From contig OZ024742.1 in the NCBI GenBank assembly GCA_964016885.1, positions 261,640,001-261,704,000 on the forward strand: a stretch of DNA of 64,000 bases, in the 5' to 3' direction. The position numbers and the translations under genes were made by a program. The stretch's first letter is position 1. Each line of letters opens with the position of its first letter. The stretch is from Eledone cirrhosa. Taxonomy: Eukaryota. Positions 36,820 to 49,703 of the stretch are shown piece after piece. The notes beneath the pieces were generated by a model. It did no database searches, was not told the DNA's origin, and saw only the letters and a list, made by a program, of their open reading frames with translations.

Positions 36820-37780
36820 GTTATGTTGGTATTACAAAAACATCCAACCCGTACTGTAAAGTAGTAGTGTAGGTACCACAACAAAAAGCACCCAACCCAT
36901 ACTGTAAATGTAGTTGGCATTTGGAAGGGCATCCAGCCATAGAAACTATTAAAGGCTTATGACCTAGCACTTGTAGCTGAATCTGTTGAAGGTTTAATGA
37001 AGAGATTCCAGACGTGGAAACAAAACCTAGAATCAAAAGGTCTCAGAGTAAACTTAGCAAACACTAAAGCCTTGATCAGTAGGAAGGAAGATATGACCCT
37101 ACTGCCATCAGAGAAATGGCCATGTTCACTATGCAGAAAATATGTAGAAACTTCATTGTGTGCTCATGATAAACTATGGTTGCACAAGAGGCATAGTGGT
37201 ATTACTGGCAATATACATGTTGTATATGGCAAATACACAGGTGTAGTTGACAAAGCACCAGTGAAATAAACTCTTTCTAATTCAAAGACGACTCCATTGA
37301 AGTAGTTGATAGGTTCTGTTACCTAGGCAATCTAATTAACAATGGAAAAAAAATGCTCTGAAAGCATAGTAGCCATAAGGTGGGAAAAGTTTTAGAGAGC
37401 TGTTACCTCTACTAGCAAGGGATTCTCTATGGGTAAAGAATAGATTGTATAATGCCTGTGAGCAAATTGCAATGTTGCATGATAATGAGATATAGGTACG
37501 GAATACCAAATATGTGCAAAAGCTAGACAAATATGAATTGAGCCTGACCCATTGGGTGTGTTATTTTGTTGTGTAGAAACAGCAAAGAACTGGTGAACTG
37601 AGAAAAAATGTGTGTAAGAGGAATTAGAGGTAGTGTGCAGGAAAGATTGCAATGGTACAGACACAAAGAATTTATGATTGAGGAAGACTTGGAGATGACA
37701 AAGGAGGCAAGAAGAGAGAGGCCGTCATGGAGAAGACTTGTCTAACCCATCCAAGCATGGAAAAATAGACATAATAATGA
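36820..37780 (+). mobile_element. Old RTE-type LINE and SINE remnants
   Basis: RFQTWKQNLESKGLRVNLANTK..WPCSLCRK..LWLHKRHSG; GAT-type tail. Confidence 0.65.
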
Positions 37781-37815
37781 TGATGCATATGTATGTGTGA
37801 GTGGGTATCTATATA

Positions 37816-37857
<42 letters not shown>

Positions 37858-37897
37858 GGTATATATAAATATTTCTTCCTCCTCACTACCATTGCAG

Positions 37898-38004
37898 CTG
37901 AAATTTTAGAGTTATCTGGAAATGCTGCCCGTGACAACAAGAAAATTCGTATTGTTCCACGACATATATTATTAGCTATTGCTAATGACGAAGAACTTCA
38001 CTTA
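37898..38004 (+). CDS. MACROH2A: macroH2A coding exon 2 (107 nt)
   Basis: TTGCAG|(A)[35 protein letters not shown]|GTAAGC; phase 1 to 0. Confidence 0.95.
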
Positions 38005-38051
38005 GTAAGCAATCTTTATTTATTTGAGTACACTTAAAAATGTGATCATAT

Positions 38052-38250
38052 GCGGTGGATTGGCAGTATCGGTAAAGGGTCAGACGTCATGCTTTGACGC
38101 ATAGAGTTACAGCCCTTTCCATTCTGAGTTCAAATCCCGCCGAGGTTGACTTTGCCTTTCATCCTTATGGGGTCGATAAAATAAAGTACCAGTAATGTAC
38201 TGGGTAATTGCTGGCCTTGTGCCAAAAGTAGAAACAATTATTATTATTAT
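38052..38250 (+). mobile_element. Full-length tRNA-derived SINE
   Basis: A box TGGCAGTATCGG, B box GAGTTCAAATCCC, core GACTTTGCCTTTCATCCTT..GGGGTCGATAAAATAAAGTACCAG and (ATT)n tail. Other copies at ~41050-41175(+), 45840-46030(-), 48705-48895(-), 50075-50230(+), 54761-54948(-) and 61630-61725(+). Confidence 0.85.
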
Positions 38251-38289
38251 TGTTGTTGTTGTTGTTGTTATTGTTATTATTATTTCACT

Positions 38290-39450
38290 TTTGCATCATG
38301 GTTTTTCACCAGAGATGTAAACAAACTGACCGTCAAATCTGCCAACTACAGATAGCCAGTATTTTCGCAGTTGATTTTTGCAGGCAAAAATTTTTTTGGT
38401 ATTGATCCCAGTGCACCAAAGGAATCACCTTTTCTGACACATTCCACAACTATGCTGTTTCTACTCTCAACTTTGAATAGTTCTTCTTTTCCCATTCATT
38501 CTCTTCAATCCTCTGCTCCCCGGGGATTGCGAAGTCAATTATCCAGCACTTTCTCTCCTCTTTTTCAATGAAGACAATGTTAGGTCTCTGGTGTTCAATA
38601 ACTCTGTCTGTTTGTACAGTCAGATTCCACCTCATCTTTGTTTTGTCATTCTCAATTACACTCACCAGTTCATGGCGATACCATTTCTCCTTCACTTTGA
38701 ATCCATATTTCTGATGAAGTAACCAATGCATGTGCCAGCACACCTTGTCGTGGCGTCTCTTGTAATATTTTTGCACAAACAAAGTACAGCCACTTACAAT
38801 GTGTGTTACATTCTCCACTTTTGTTCACCACAACCTACATTTGTAGTTATTGCTTTGTCCATGTAACTTCTTCATTGAGTTGGTATTTAGAGCTTGGTCC
38901 TGGGTGACTAAAAGCCAACCCTCTGTCTCTCTCTTCATATCTCCCCTTCTCAACCAATCCCATGATCTTTCAGTTTTCAGGTGTCTAGTCTGTTCTGTTT
39001 TTTGCATTGGTCGTATAAAGGCATTGATGCTCTCAATTTGTGCTTTTCTTTCTCAACTCTTTTCTTGTAGTCCTTTTTGCTGTCCATGTTTTCTTTCACT
39101 AATTTATTTGTCTTGACAACGTATTTGAGTAGTATCTCTTTGCTGTTTGCAATGTAAGAGTCTAGACATCTCCTCTTTGCAGTGATGCATTCTTCTATTT
39201 CAATCAATCCTCTCCCACCATTCTTTCTTGACTCATACAGCCTCAGAACATGTGCACCCTTACAGATTGCCCTTGTCTCTGCCAATATTGCCCTGGTCTC
39301 TCTGTCAGAGCCTTCCAGTTCCTGCTTGGTCCAATTGAGGACTGTCCCATTGTATCTCACTACTGCTACAGCCCAGCAATTTATAGCTGTCATCAACTTT
39401 TGTGTATTTAGTTGTGTCTTTACAAGTAATCCTACTCTTCTGAACTAAGT
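38290..39450 (-). mobile_element. Second RLE-type LINE family (R4-like) fragment
   Basis: RLYESRKNGGRGL, KRETEGWLLVTQDQALNTN, CRL..ENVTHIVSGC..YKRRHDKV, RPNIV..IDFAIPG. Confidence 0.85.
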
Positions 39451-39529
39451 TTTCTTGACTAGTTGTTCATCTGACCATCAAGGATTTCCTCAGCCTCTAA
39501 TACACCATAATAATGATACTCTTCTACAG

Positions 39530-39832
39530 TTGCTTAAACACGTGACCATCCCTGCTGGTGGAGTGCTGCCAAAAATCCACCCTGAACTGCTGAGCCAGCA
39601 CAAGAGGAGAGGATGCAAGGCAACACAGCAAACAGCTGCATCTACTGCAAGCGGTGCAAGTACCTCCAGATCTGTAGTTCAAACACCACCAACGAAAAAA
39701 GCCAAGACCACTACCAATGCACAAAACAGTCGCACAGCTGCAACAGCTGCCACTGCCACTGTAACTACCAAAAAAGCTGCTGCTGCTAACAAAGCCTCTA
39801 AAGCTAATGATACTAAAGCAAGAGGAGTTAAG
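39530..39832 (+). CDS. MACROH2A: macroH2A coding exon 3 (303 nt): end of histone fold plus linker
   Basis: CTACAG|LLKHVTIPAGGVLPKIHPELLSQHKRRG...KARGVK|GTAAGT; phase 0-0. Confidence 0.93.
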
Positions 39833-40094
39833 GTAAGTATAGATCCTGCATTGCCTGGATATTTATATATCATCATCATTGTTTAATGTCTGCTTTTCCA
39901 TGTGAGCATAAATTGGGTATGTCATCACACAGCAAGTCAGCTTCCAGTTGGTGCCACTGTCCTCACAGGCAACCTGGATGAGGTATATTCATACTGGTTA
40001 CCTGATTGACTTGTATCACCTGGATGTAGTGGTGGTGGTGGTTGTTTTGTTTGTTATTCAGCTACTAACATTAGCTCCACTATCACCACAACCA

Positions 40095-40453
40095 ACACCA
40101 CATCACACCTCATCAATTGCTATTCCCTTATTCCTTGTCACCACCTCATTAACAGTCATTCCTTTATTCCCTGTCACCACCTCATCAACTGTCATTCCCT
40201 TATTTCTGTCACCATCTCCTCAACTGTCATTTCCTTATTCCCTGTCATCATCTCAACTGTCATTCCCTTATTCCCTGTCACCACCTCATCAACTGCCATT
40301 CCCTTATTCTCTGTCACCACCTCATCAACTGACATTCCCTTATTCCCTGTCACCACCTCATCAACTGACATTCCCTTATTCCCTGTCATCACCTCATCAA
40401 TTGTCATTCTGTTATTCCCTGTCACTCCTCCTCAACTGTCATTCTCTTATTCC
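40095..40453. repeat. ~36 bp minisatellite
   Basis: Unit CCCTGTCACCACCTCATCAACTGTCATTCCCTTATT, about 10 copies. Confidence 0.9.
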
Positions 40454-40455
40454 AG

Positions 40456-40557
40456 GCTCGAATCTTAAAAGATGCTGAAAATATCAACATGGCAACTGCA
40501 GAAAATTTGGCTGGATTTTCTGTTTTATCAGAGAAGAAACTTTTCCTGGGACAGAAG
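40456..40557 (+). CDS. MACROH2A: macroH2A coding exon 4 (102 nt)
   Basis: TTCCAG|ARILKDAENINMATAENLAGFSVLSEKKLFLGQK|GTCTGT; compare vertebrate GFTVLSTKSLFLGQK. Confidence 0.9.
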
Positions 40558-41418
40558 GTCTGTTGTTCAATGTTGTTGCTGTGGATAGCATTGTGTTGTT
40601 GATATTGCTGATATTGTTGTTACTATTGTTATTGATATTGCTGATATTGTTGTCAGTATTGTTATTGATATTGTTGTTGTGGCTGTCTATATTGTTGTTG
40701 TGACCATTATATTCTTTTACTGGTTTCAGTCATTAGACTACAGCCATGCTGGTGCTCTACCTTAGCTCTTCCCTGACCATATTTCTAATGAATTACACTT
40801 TATGTATTTCAATTAATTAATGAATAATTTAAGGGGTTTACCAAAATTATTAATTATTTCATTACAAACTTAACATAAAGTCCTTATATAAAATAATGTA
40901 GAAAACCTTAAATTTAAATTGGAACATTTTAAAATGATTTTTTGGTGATTTTTTCTTAGAATCAGAGCCAGTTTCGCTAGGTTAACAAAAGGGTTCATCT
41001 CTGTTGTAAAACATTGTAAAAGACGACAAATGTGCAGTCATTATAACGTAGGATAGAATACTTTGTGGTATTCGTTCTAGATCTCTGCTTTCTGAGCTCC
41101 AATCCAGCCAAGGTCAACATTGCCTTTCGTCCTTTCATGGTTGATAAAAAAAAGTACCAGTCTAGTACTGGGGTTTATTTTTCCTCTATATTTCTTTCTT
41201 ACTTCCTCTCTTCCACTTTCTATCCTCCTCTGGAACAAATCTGCTGTGTTCAGACATGGAAAGGGATTGTCTCCAACTGGCTATAAAATGCCCAGAAAAT
41301 GCTGTATTCCACTATGGTGCCCCAATGACTCCACCAGGAATTACAGGAATAATAATTTTGAAAAGCATTGTAAACTATATGTATTCATATTTCTGTTATT
41401 TGTATTCTTTTCTTCCAG

Positions 41419-41509
41419 ATGACAGTTTTGCAGGGGGACATAACTAAAATCAATGCTGATGCAATCATTCATCCCACAAACTCCACATATTATCTGGGTG
41501 GTGAAGTGG
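41419..41509 (+). CDS. MACROH2A: macroH2A coding exon 5 (91 nt, macroH2A1.1-like)
   Basis: TTCCAG|MTVLQGDITKINADAIIHPTNSTYYLGGEV G|GTAAGT; phase 0 to 1. Confidence 0.93.
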
Positions 41510-41534
41510 GTAAGTACAGATCTACAACCTAATG

Positions 41535-42870
41535 CCAACCACCAAATAGAGTGTACTGGATGCATTTTATCATGGCATCAATACTACCACTTTACAGAGT
41601 GTACTGGCTGCATTTCATGGTGGTTCAGCATTTTATCATAACACCAGCACTACCACTTTACAAAGTGTACTGTGTATTTTATCATAACACCAGCACTACC
41701 ACTTGACAAAGTGTACTGTGTATTTTATTGTGGCACCAGCACTACCACTTTACAAAGTGTACTGGGTGTATTTTATCATAGCACCAACACTACCACTTTA
41801 CAAAGTGTACTGTGTATTTTATCATAACACCAGCACTACCACTTTACAAAGTGTACTGTGTATTTTATCATAACACCAACACTACCACTTTACAAAGTGT
41901 ACTGGGTGTATTTTATCATAACACCAACACTACCACTTTACAAAGTGTACTGGGTGTATTTTATCATAACACCAGCACTACCACTTTACAAAGTGTACTG
42001 TGTATTTTATCATAACACCAGCACTACCACTTTACAAAGTGTACTGTGTATTTTATCATAACACCAACACTACCACTTTACAAAGTGTACTGGGTGTATT
42101 TTATCATAACACCAACACTACCACTTTACAAAGTGTACTGGGTGTATTTTATCATAACACCAGCACTACCACTTTACAAAGTGTACTGGGTGTATTTTAT
42201 CATAACACCAGCACTACCACTTTACAAAGTGTACTGGGTGTATTTTATCATAACACCAGCACAACCACTTTACAAAGTGTACTGGGTGTATTTTATCATA
42301 ACACCAGCACTACCACTTTACAAAGTGTACTGTGTATTTTATCATAACACCAGCACTACCACTTTACAAAGTGTACTGTGTATTTTATCATAACACCAGC
42401 ACTACCACTTTACAAAGTGTACTGTGTATTTTATCATAACACCAGCACTACCACTTTACAAAGTGTACTGTGTATTTTATCATAACACCAGCACTACCAC
42501 TTTACAAAGTGTACTGGGTGTATTTTATCATAACACCAGCACTACCACTTTACAAAGTGTACTGTGTATTTTATCATAACACCAACACTACCACTTTACA
42601 AAATGTACTGAGTGTAATTTATCATAACACCAGCACTACCACTTTACAAAGTGTACTGATTGTATTTTATTGTTGCACCAGCACTCCCATTTCTCAGAGT
42701 ATACTGTGTACATTGTATTATGACACCAGCACTATATTTCACAGAGTGTACTATGCACATTTTATCATGTCACCAACACTACCACTTTACAAGATATATT
42801 GAGTGTATATTATTGTGGCATCAGCACTACCACTTTATAGAGTGCATTGGGTGTACTATTGATTGTATTT
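41535..42870. repeat. 46/48 bp minisatellite filling intron 5
   Basis: Unit TGTATTTTATCATAACACCAGCACTACCACTTTACAAAGTGTACTG(GG), roughly 27 copies, degenerate at both ends. Confidence 0.95.
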
Positions 42871-42881
42871 TATATTTGTAG

Positions 42882-42968
42882 GAGCATCCCTTGAAAAAGC
42901 AGCAGGTAAGGAATTCACAGAGGAAGTAAAAGAACTGGCTGCCAAGGGTACATTAACAATATCTGCAG
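42882..42968 (+). CDS. MACROH2A: macroH2A coding exon 6 (87 nt)
   Basis: TTGTAG|(G)ASLEKAAGKEFTEEVKELAAKGTLTISA G|GTAACT; phase 1-1. Confidence 0.9.
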
Positions 42969-43004
42969 GTAACTTCATTTTCACGTGGATTCTTCATATA
43001 CTGA

Positions 43005-43790
43005 GTCTACCCTCCTCCACTCTCTATGTTACTACTGTTCTACATCTACCGTCCAGTCTCTCTACATTGCTACTGTTCTACATCTACCCTCCACTCTCTA
43101 TGTTACTACTGTTCTACATCTACCCTCCACTCTCTATGTTACTACTGTTCTACATCTACCCTCCACTCTCTACATTGCTACTGTTCTACATCTACCTTCC
43201 ACTCTCTACACTGCTACTGTTCTACATCTACCCTCCACTCTCACTACATTGCTACTGTTCTACATTTACCCTCCACTCTTTACATTGTTACTGTTCTACA
43301 TCTACCCTCCACTCTATGTTACTATTGTTCTACATCTACCCTCCACTCTCTCTACATTGCTACTGTTCTACATCTACCCTCCACTCTATGTTACTACTGT
43401 TCTACATCTACCCTCCACTCTCTACATTGCTACTGTTCTACATCTACCCTCCACTCTCTACATTGCTACTGTTCTACATCTACCCTCCACTCTCTACACT
43501 GCTACTGTTCTACATCTACCCTCCACTCTCACTACATTGCTACTGTTCTACTACATCTACCCTCCACTCTATGTTACTACTCTTCTACATCTACCCTCCA
43601 CTCTCTACATTGCTGCTGTTCTACATCTAACCCCCCTCCCCCCACACACACACACACATACACACACACTCTCTCTATATTGCTACTCTTCTACATCTAC
43701 CCCCCACTCTCTACATTGCTACTGTTCTACATCTACCCTCCACTCTCTCTACATTGCTACTGTTCTACATCTACCCTCCATCTCTCTACA
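43005..43790. repeat. ~36 bp minisatellite
   Basis: Unit TCTACATTGCTACTGTTCTACATCTACCCTCCACTC with small length variants, about 20 copies. Confidence 0.92.
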
Positions 43791-46479
43791 GTAATGCTCT
43801 GTATCACCTCATCTCTCTGTGCTAATTATGTTTTATAAAGCATTAAGACCATAGTCTCCCCTGTGTTGTTGAAGAATCCCTCAGTGTGTAGAAACTTTAG
43901 TAACTCCTTTGTTAATCCTCACCTCTTATTTCATATATAGTTAGACTCTTTTAGTTATTCCCTTCTTAATCTATAATTAAACACTTTAGTAAGTTCTCTA
44001 TGAGATTATATTTAGACACTTCAGTATCTTGTTAAACACATATTAGGTCCATTGGTGAGCCCCATGTTAATAAAAAAATAAGTAACTAGGAATTTCATGA
44101 AATAAATCACCTCATACAACTAAGTTCATACCAAATTCTTTAATTTCTGTTAATGTCCTTGGTAAAGGCATAAAGATCATTTTCCTTCTTCCACTCTCAC
44201 CTCACTCTTAAAAGTCTGTAAACTTTTATTCAAATTAAAAATTCATAATTTTTCCTCTGGTTTTCATAAGGACTGTTGAGTCCTAGGTCCAAGTCACCCA
44301 TTTGACCATCCACTGTCATTTTATTTACATAGCTAAATCCCTTCAGAAAAGCATGGGTATTTTACCACTTAATGCAAATTATAAGTTAAGATTTCTCTCT
44401 ACTGTTTGCTATTTGCAGTCTCACAATATTTTTAAATATCTCAGGTGGATTTGACGTTAAACATAAATAGTTAGGATTGTTTTAAGAAAGCCAGTACCAT
44501 GCAAGTTTAAAATATAAGACTGAAAACTAAAGTAAGACAAACAAAACAACAGTTTACATTTTTACCTTATATTTCATGATATTTAAGGGATAGGAATTCT
44601 TTTTTCAAAAGGATGAAATGAGTTTGGCGGTGGTGACTGTGAAATATCATTAGATATAAGATAAAAGTGTAAACTGTTCTTTTGTTTTGTTTTCTTTACT
44701 TTACTTTCTCCTAGTTTTCCGTCCTATATTTCTAACATCCATTGCACCAGCTTTCCTAAAACAATCCTAACCACATATTATATTCACTATGTTTCACATT
44801 AACTATACTGCTTTGTGAAACATAAATATTTTTGTTTTCCACTCTCTTTCTCATCCATTTTTTTTCTATCATAAAGACACACACAAACACACACACTCCA
44901 ATTGTTCACTCTCTCACTCACAATTGCATAGGTCTAATGTTTGATCAAGGTTTCACTTTATTGCCTCTTTCATGCACTCTCTTCTCTAATACACTCCCTT
45001 CCTCCAACATGTTCTTTTATGTGTGTGTGTGTGTGTGGAGACGCATGGTTTAGTGGTAGTGTTGGGCTTACAATCATGAGGTTGTGAGTTTGATTGCGAT
45101 GTCACTGATGCTAAACAGTATTGGTCTTTCCCTTGGACAACATCAGTGGCATAGATAGGGGAGACTGGTATGTATGTGCAACTGCAGATCTTTGATAAAA
45201 CACCTTGCCCGGGTTTGTGTTTCAGAGGGGTACTTTCCAGGTACAGATCCTGTGGTCATTTGTGACAAGTAAGTAGCAACGAAGTCATGGTTGTACCATA
45301 AAGGAACTTTATTGCATACAACAATTGTTTCAATATTGATCAGTTCAGGGTTTGATCATAATGTTTGGGGCTTGGCTCTGCACCAACATCTCATCAGATA
45401 TGTGTTTGTAGGCACAGAACACATTCTATACACACATTATAGATAGATAAATGGATGTTAATGTTAAATTATAGATTTATAGGTATATAAATAACAACAA
45501 ATATTTGCTGAGGGGGTGACTCTATACATGTAATAGAGTCTAATTTATTATGTTATATCTTAGTTGACCAGTACTCAAGTTTCAAGGAAGCCATTTGACA
45601 ATCATCCAGTCCTGGTATAACATAATAAGTTTATATATCATCATTCTCACCATCATTTAACATCCACTCCAATGATGATTACGATTATATATATGACAAG
45701 CTTTGTACATGTTCTGTCTACCAGTTTCACTCACAAAATATTAGTCACACACTTGCCCAAAGTGCCCTGCAGTGTGATAGAACCAGAACTATGTGGTTAT
45801 GAAACAAACTCCTAAATTACACATCCATATATGTATAGTAATAATTGTTTCTGCTTTAGGCACAAGGCCAGCAATTACCCAGTGCATTACTGGTACTTTA
45901 TTTTACCGACCCCGTAAGGATGAAAGGCAAAGTCAACCTCGGCAGGATTTGAACTCAGATCGTAAAGGGACGTAACTATGCTGGAAACCATGGCGTCTGA
46001 CCCTCTACTGATACTGCCAATCCACCCCCTATATGTATAGTAAGAATATAAGTATATATATGTATGTGTTTGTCTCTGTCTCGTCACCTCGCTTTTGACA
46101 CCGTAGCAGTGATGCTGGTTTATGTCCCACATAAACAAAAGTCCTGCAGCTCAGCAATTTAACATGTGAAGATCAGTACATTACTTTACAAAATAAAACA
46201 AATCAGGGCTGACATTAACAAGGAGATATGGCCATAGAATACTGCCTCAAAAAGTCTCATCCAACTCATGTTAGCATGGAATAACAAGTATCATCATTGT
46301 CATTTTTATAGTTGCTTTCCATACTAGTATAGATTGAACAGGTTGTCATGGTTGTGTCTATTCTTATTAGAAGTTATTGCCCTCCTAGATCTTGCTCATT
46401 ATTTTCTACAGCTAGTGTAATTTGTCCACAAATTCATGATCTGTAAAATCAACTTAGACAAGACCAAAAGACATAGACT

Positions 46480-48530
46480 TAGATACTGGATGTTGAGCGC
46501 ATCTTTCTCAACTTGGAAACATTTCAGGAACTGGATTGATAAACTAGGGACATCGTCAACAACTGGTAGGCATTACTAATAAGAAAAATTAGAACAGCAT
46601 GCATTAAGTTTTGCAAAGAAAGAGTGATATGAAAGATGTATTGTATGTGATAGGGCACATGTGTTAAAACATTTAATGGGCCCAGGTGACAGAGACACAA
46701 CATAACAAAAAAGCCACATTTCAGTTTCTGACACACTGCAGTGGACACATGCTATCTGATTCTAAGCAGACATGTTAAGTTTTTATGCAGCATTTTGCCT
46801 AACTGTTCACAAGGAGTGATGAAGGGGAAATGGTTATACTTCCATAACTTACATCAACAGGCTGTTGTAAATCTTAATCAAAGACAAAGAGTGTTACAAA
46901 AAGCCAATTTCAGCAGATGAAAAGGTGGACATGTTGAGCCATTGTGCAAGAGACAAACACTGGGACAGGATGGTCTGCCCTACAAGTTTTACTGCTACAT
47001 ATGAGTCCTCTTCTCTATGGTCTTGGCAGCTGTCTAGTGCAGGTTGACAGCAAACTGGAAACTTTCTCAGTTTTGTCAGCTGAAGGATGGGAATACTGCT
47101 GAGAAAGGACCCAAACAAGGTGAATACGATAAACAAATTCAGGCCCATAACTCTGCTAAACAGCTATACTGAAGATTTTGGCAGAGGTTTTTACCAAGAG
47201 TTTCACACGTGTCATCAGTAGTGTTTGAGATGAATAAACATGTGTGATCACAGGCAGATCTGTCCATGACAACCTCCATCTCATGTGATGCATTATAGGA
47301 TGGGTTGGATAGAGACATGGCTCCAGTGGAGCACTGATCAATATTGGCCAGTTCAAATCTTACAACAGTGTTGACCATTGAAACCAGGAGGCTATTCTAA
47401 AAGCAACTGATTTTGGTCTTGTCTTCAGTAGCTGGATCACTAGTGTAGAGTAGTATCTGTTTTTAATGGTTGAACTAAATGGCCACTCTTCAGAAATATT
47501 TTGCATTGCATGCTTTATTCACTAGTGATATCCCCTTTCCCCTTTCCTATATGATTTGGTACTGGATCCATTGCTGTGAAAGATAGAGACATTGTGTGGC
47601 ATCATGCTTGAACTGGAACACTAGAGAGTCATCTGGGTGTCAGACATTACCAGGTTACAGTAGAACATATCAACCAGGACAAATTAATGAGCTTGCAACT
47701 TTGCACCTGGAGAGGCAAGTTCATTCTGGCCAACAAAGGCTTCTATCATTGGACTGAGTGCCTAGTTAAGGCACTCTGTGTTTGGCTTGGACCAGAACAC
47801 CAGAGAAAAACTAGGATAAGGTGGCCAGTCTCACTCATAAATAAGAAACTATCCAAATAGATGTGGCTAATTCCCACATTGCTTCAAAAGTGTACAACTG
47901 CCTGACTGACTGTTGTGCCTTGCTCCTTGTGGGAGGAACATGTTCCATCAGTCAGGAGATTTGTCTGCTATCAACTCATCCTATATGAGAGTCTCAGGGT
48001 GTGGGGGAATGCTCTGAGGTTAACACAGCTGCAGAGATCCCTGGACAGTGAATAGGTGCAGTTGCATTTCATATGACACATTTTCCCACAGCTTATACTT
48101 GAGTCAAGCACAGACTGAGGTTGGGGATTTAGTATCTGGAATGTTGTCAGACACCCACAACAGTCTAATAGCTAGACTGTGCAGTCAATGAGAAGTCAAC
48201 TCTTGCATTCTATAGAGGATTGATAGAGAGTGTAAGTACAGTGGCCTGAGAATGATAAGGACAGTCTGAGTAAGTCACTTCTGGAAGTTGTTCAGGTCAG
48301 GGATTATAGACAACTTTTAAATATACTTTACTTGGGCAGTTCTACAGGAGGTGGGGGGGGGGGGAGCTCTGCAGGCACAGAAGTATCAACAGCTGAATCT
48401 GTCTGAAATATTTGCTGGAGAACATAATCATTCAGTGCCTATGCTTTAGCAACTTATGGTGAACAGCTCCTATCACATTGTGGATGAATTGAACTATCAG
48501 CTGAGTCTATCATGAAGATTGATCTGCAAT
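46480..48530 (+). mobile_element. Old L1/Tx1-like LINE remnant
   Basis: Manual + strand reading near 47140-47380: RPITLLN..KILAEVF..TCVITGRSVHDNLHLM..GALINI..VDH, an L1/Tx1-type RT signature. Confidence 0.65.
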
Positions 48531-49525
48531 CTTGCTTCCTTTGGCAATGTGTATGGTTAACACAGACAAAAACTTTGAGGAAAGTACTTTTCCTCTCTGG
48601 TCTAACCCTCATCAGTCTGTTCAACCATATTTAACCATATTTCTAATTAAAAACTGCCTATTTTTTTCAAAACATTTTGAAAATAATCAAGAATTTGGAC
48701 AATTTAATAATTGTTTCTACTTTTGGCACAAGGCCAGCAATTACTCAGTGCATTACTGGTACTTTATTTTATCGGCCCCGTAAGGATGAAAGGCAAAGTA
48801 AACCTCAGCGGGATTTGAACTCAGAATGGCAAGGGCCATAACTCTATGCGTCAAAGCATGGCATCCGACCCTCTACCGATACTGCCAATCAACCTTTTGG
48901 ACAATTTAATAATATAACTAAATTGTTCATGTTTAAGCTGATGTTGAAAGCATAACTTATCAAAGTTTCTTTCGTAAAATTATTATGGAAGGTTTAAAAT
49001 AAACTGTTTAATATCATAGAATCAGGAACAGTTTCAGGCATTTTGGTTTCAAAAGGGCTGAAAAGGAATATAAAAGTGCAGGGGGATGCACTGCCTTCCT
49101 GTGTGTTAAAAGAATGACAGGGCTAAATGAGTTTACTTTAATTATGTAATTGTAAAAAGGAAGCAAAAAACTATACAAGGACATGTTTGTCTTCGATGTA
49201 CAAAAGCAATCTGAGGCTTTGTGGAGTTTTTCCAAAAAAATTACCCAAAATAGTTTTCCCTATATCAAGTACCCTTTCCTGTTGACTTTTGCCTTCTGTT
49301 TTGTATTTTGTGTTTGTATTGTCACTAACATCTTGGACCTTTGTGGCCCATAAAAAAATTATCATTATTATTGTTGTTATCATCATCACCATCATTATCA
49401 TCATTATCAAAAAATTATCCTTTTAAATAATTTCAATATAAAAACATTGTAATAAGAACAATAATAATAATAAGACCGTCCACTGTTTTCTCGGCAAACG
49501 TTGTCAGCTGATTAATTTATTGCAG

Positions 49526-49703
49526 TTGCAATGTCCCATGGCTGGAATTTGCCTGCCAAGTCTGTCATCCACCTGAACAGTCCATCGTGGGGCTGCCACA
49601 ACGCCCAGAAGCTGCTCGAGAAGTCCGTGCAAAATATATTTGCCGCAGCCGATAAGAATAACATGCGCTCCCTGGCCATACCACTTCTTGCCGGCACTGT
49701 GAA
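49526..49703 (+). CDS. MACROH2A: macroH2A alternative exon 7a (178 nt), a paralogous copy of the penultimate macrodomain exon
   Basis: TTATTGCAG|(V)AMSHGWNLPAKSVIHLNSPSWGCHNAQKLLEKSVQNIFAAADKNNMRSLAIPLLAGTV AA|GTAAGT; no stops, phase 1 to 2, and aligns end to end with exon 7b. Confidence 0.85.

Noticed and set aside
38052-38145. tRNA gene
   Set aside because: A and B boxes continue into a SINE body and (ATT)n tail, with many dispersed copies, some with TSDs.
41535-42870. CRISPR-like regular array
   Set aside because: Units are contiguous with no unique spacers, there are no cas genes, and the context is a eukaryotic intron. It is a minisatellite.
42863-43838. Three 255-270 aa ORFs
   Set aside because: Translations of a stop-free 36 bp minisatellite; only 42882-42968 is a real exon.
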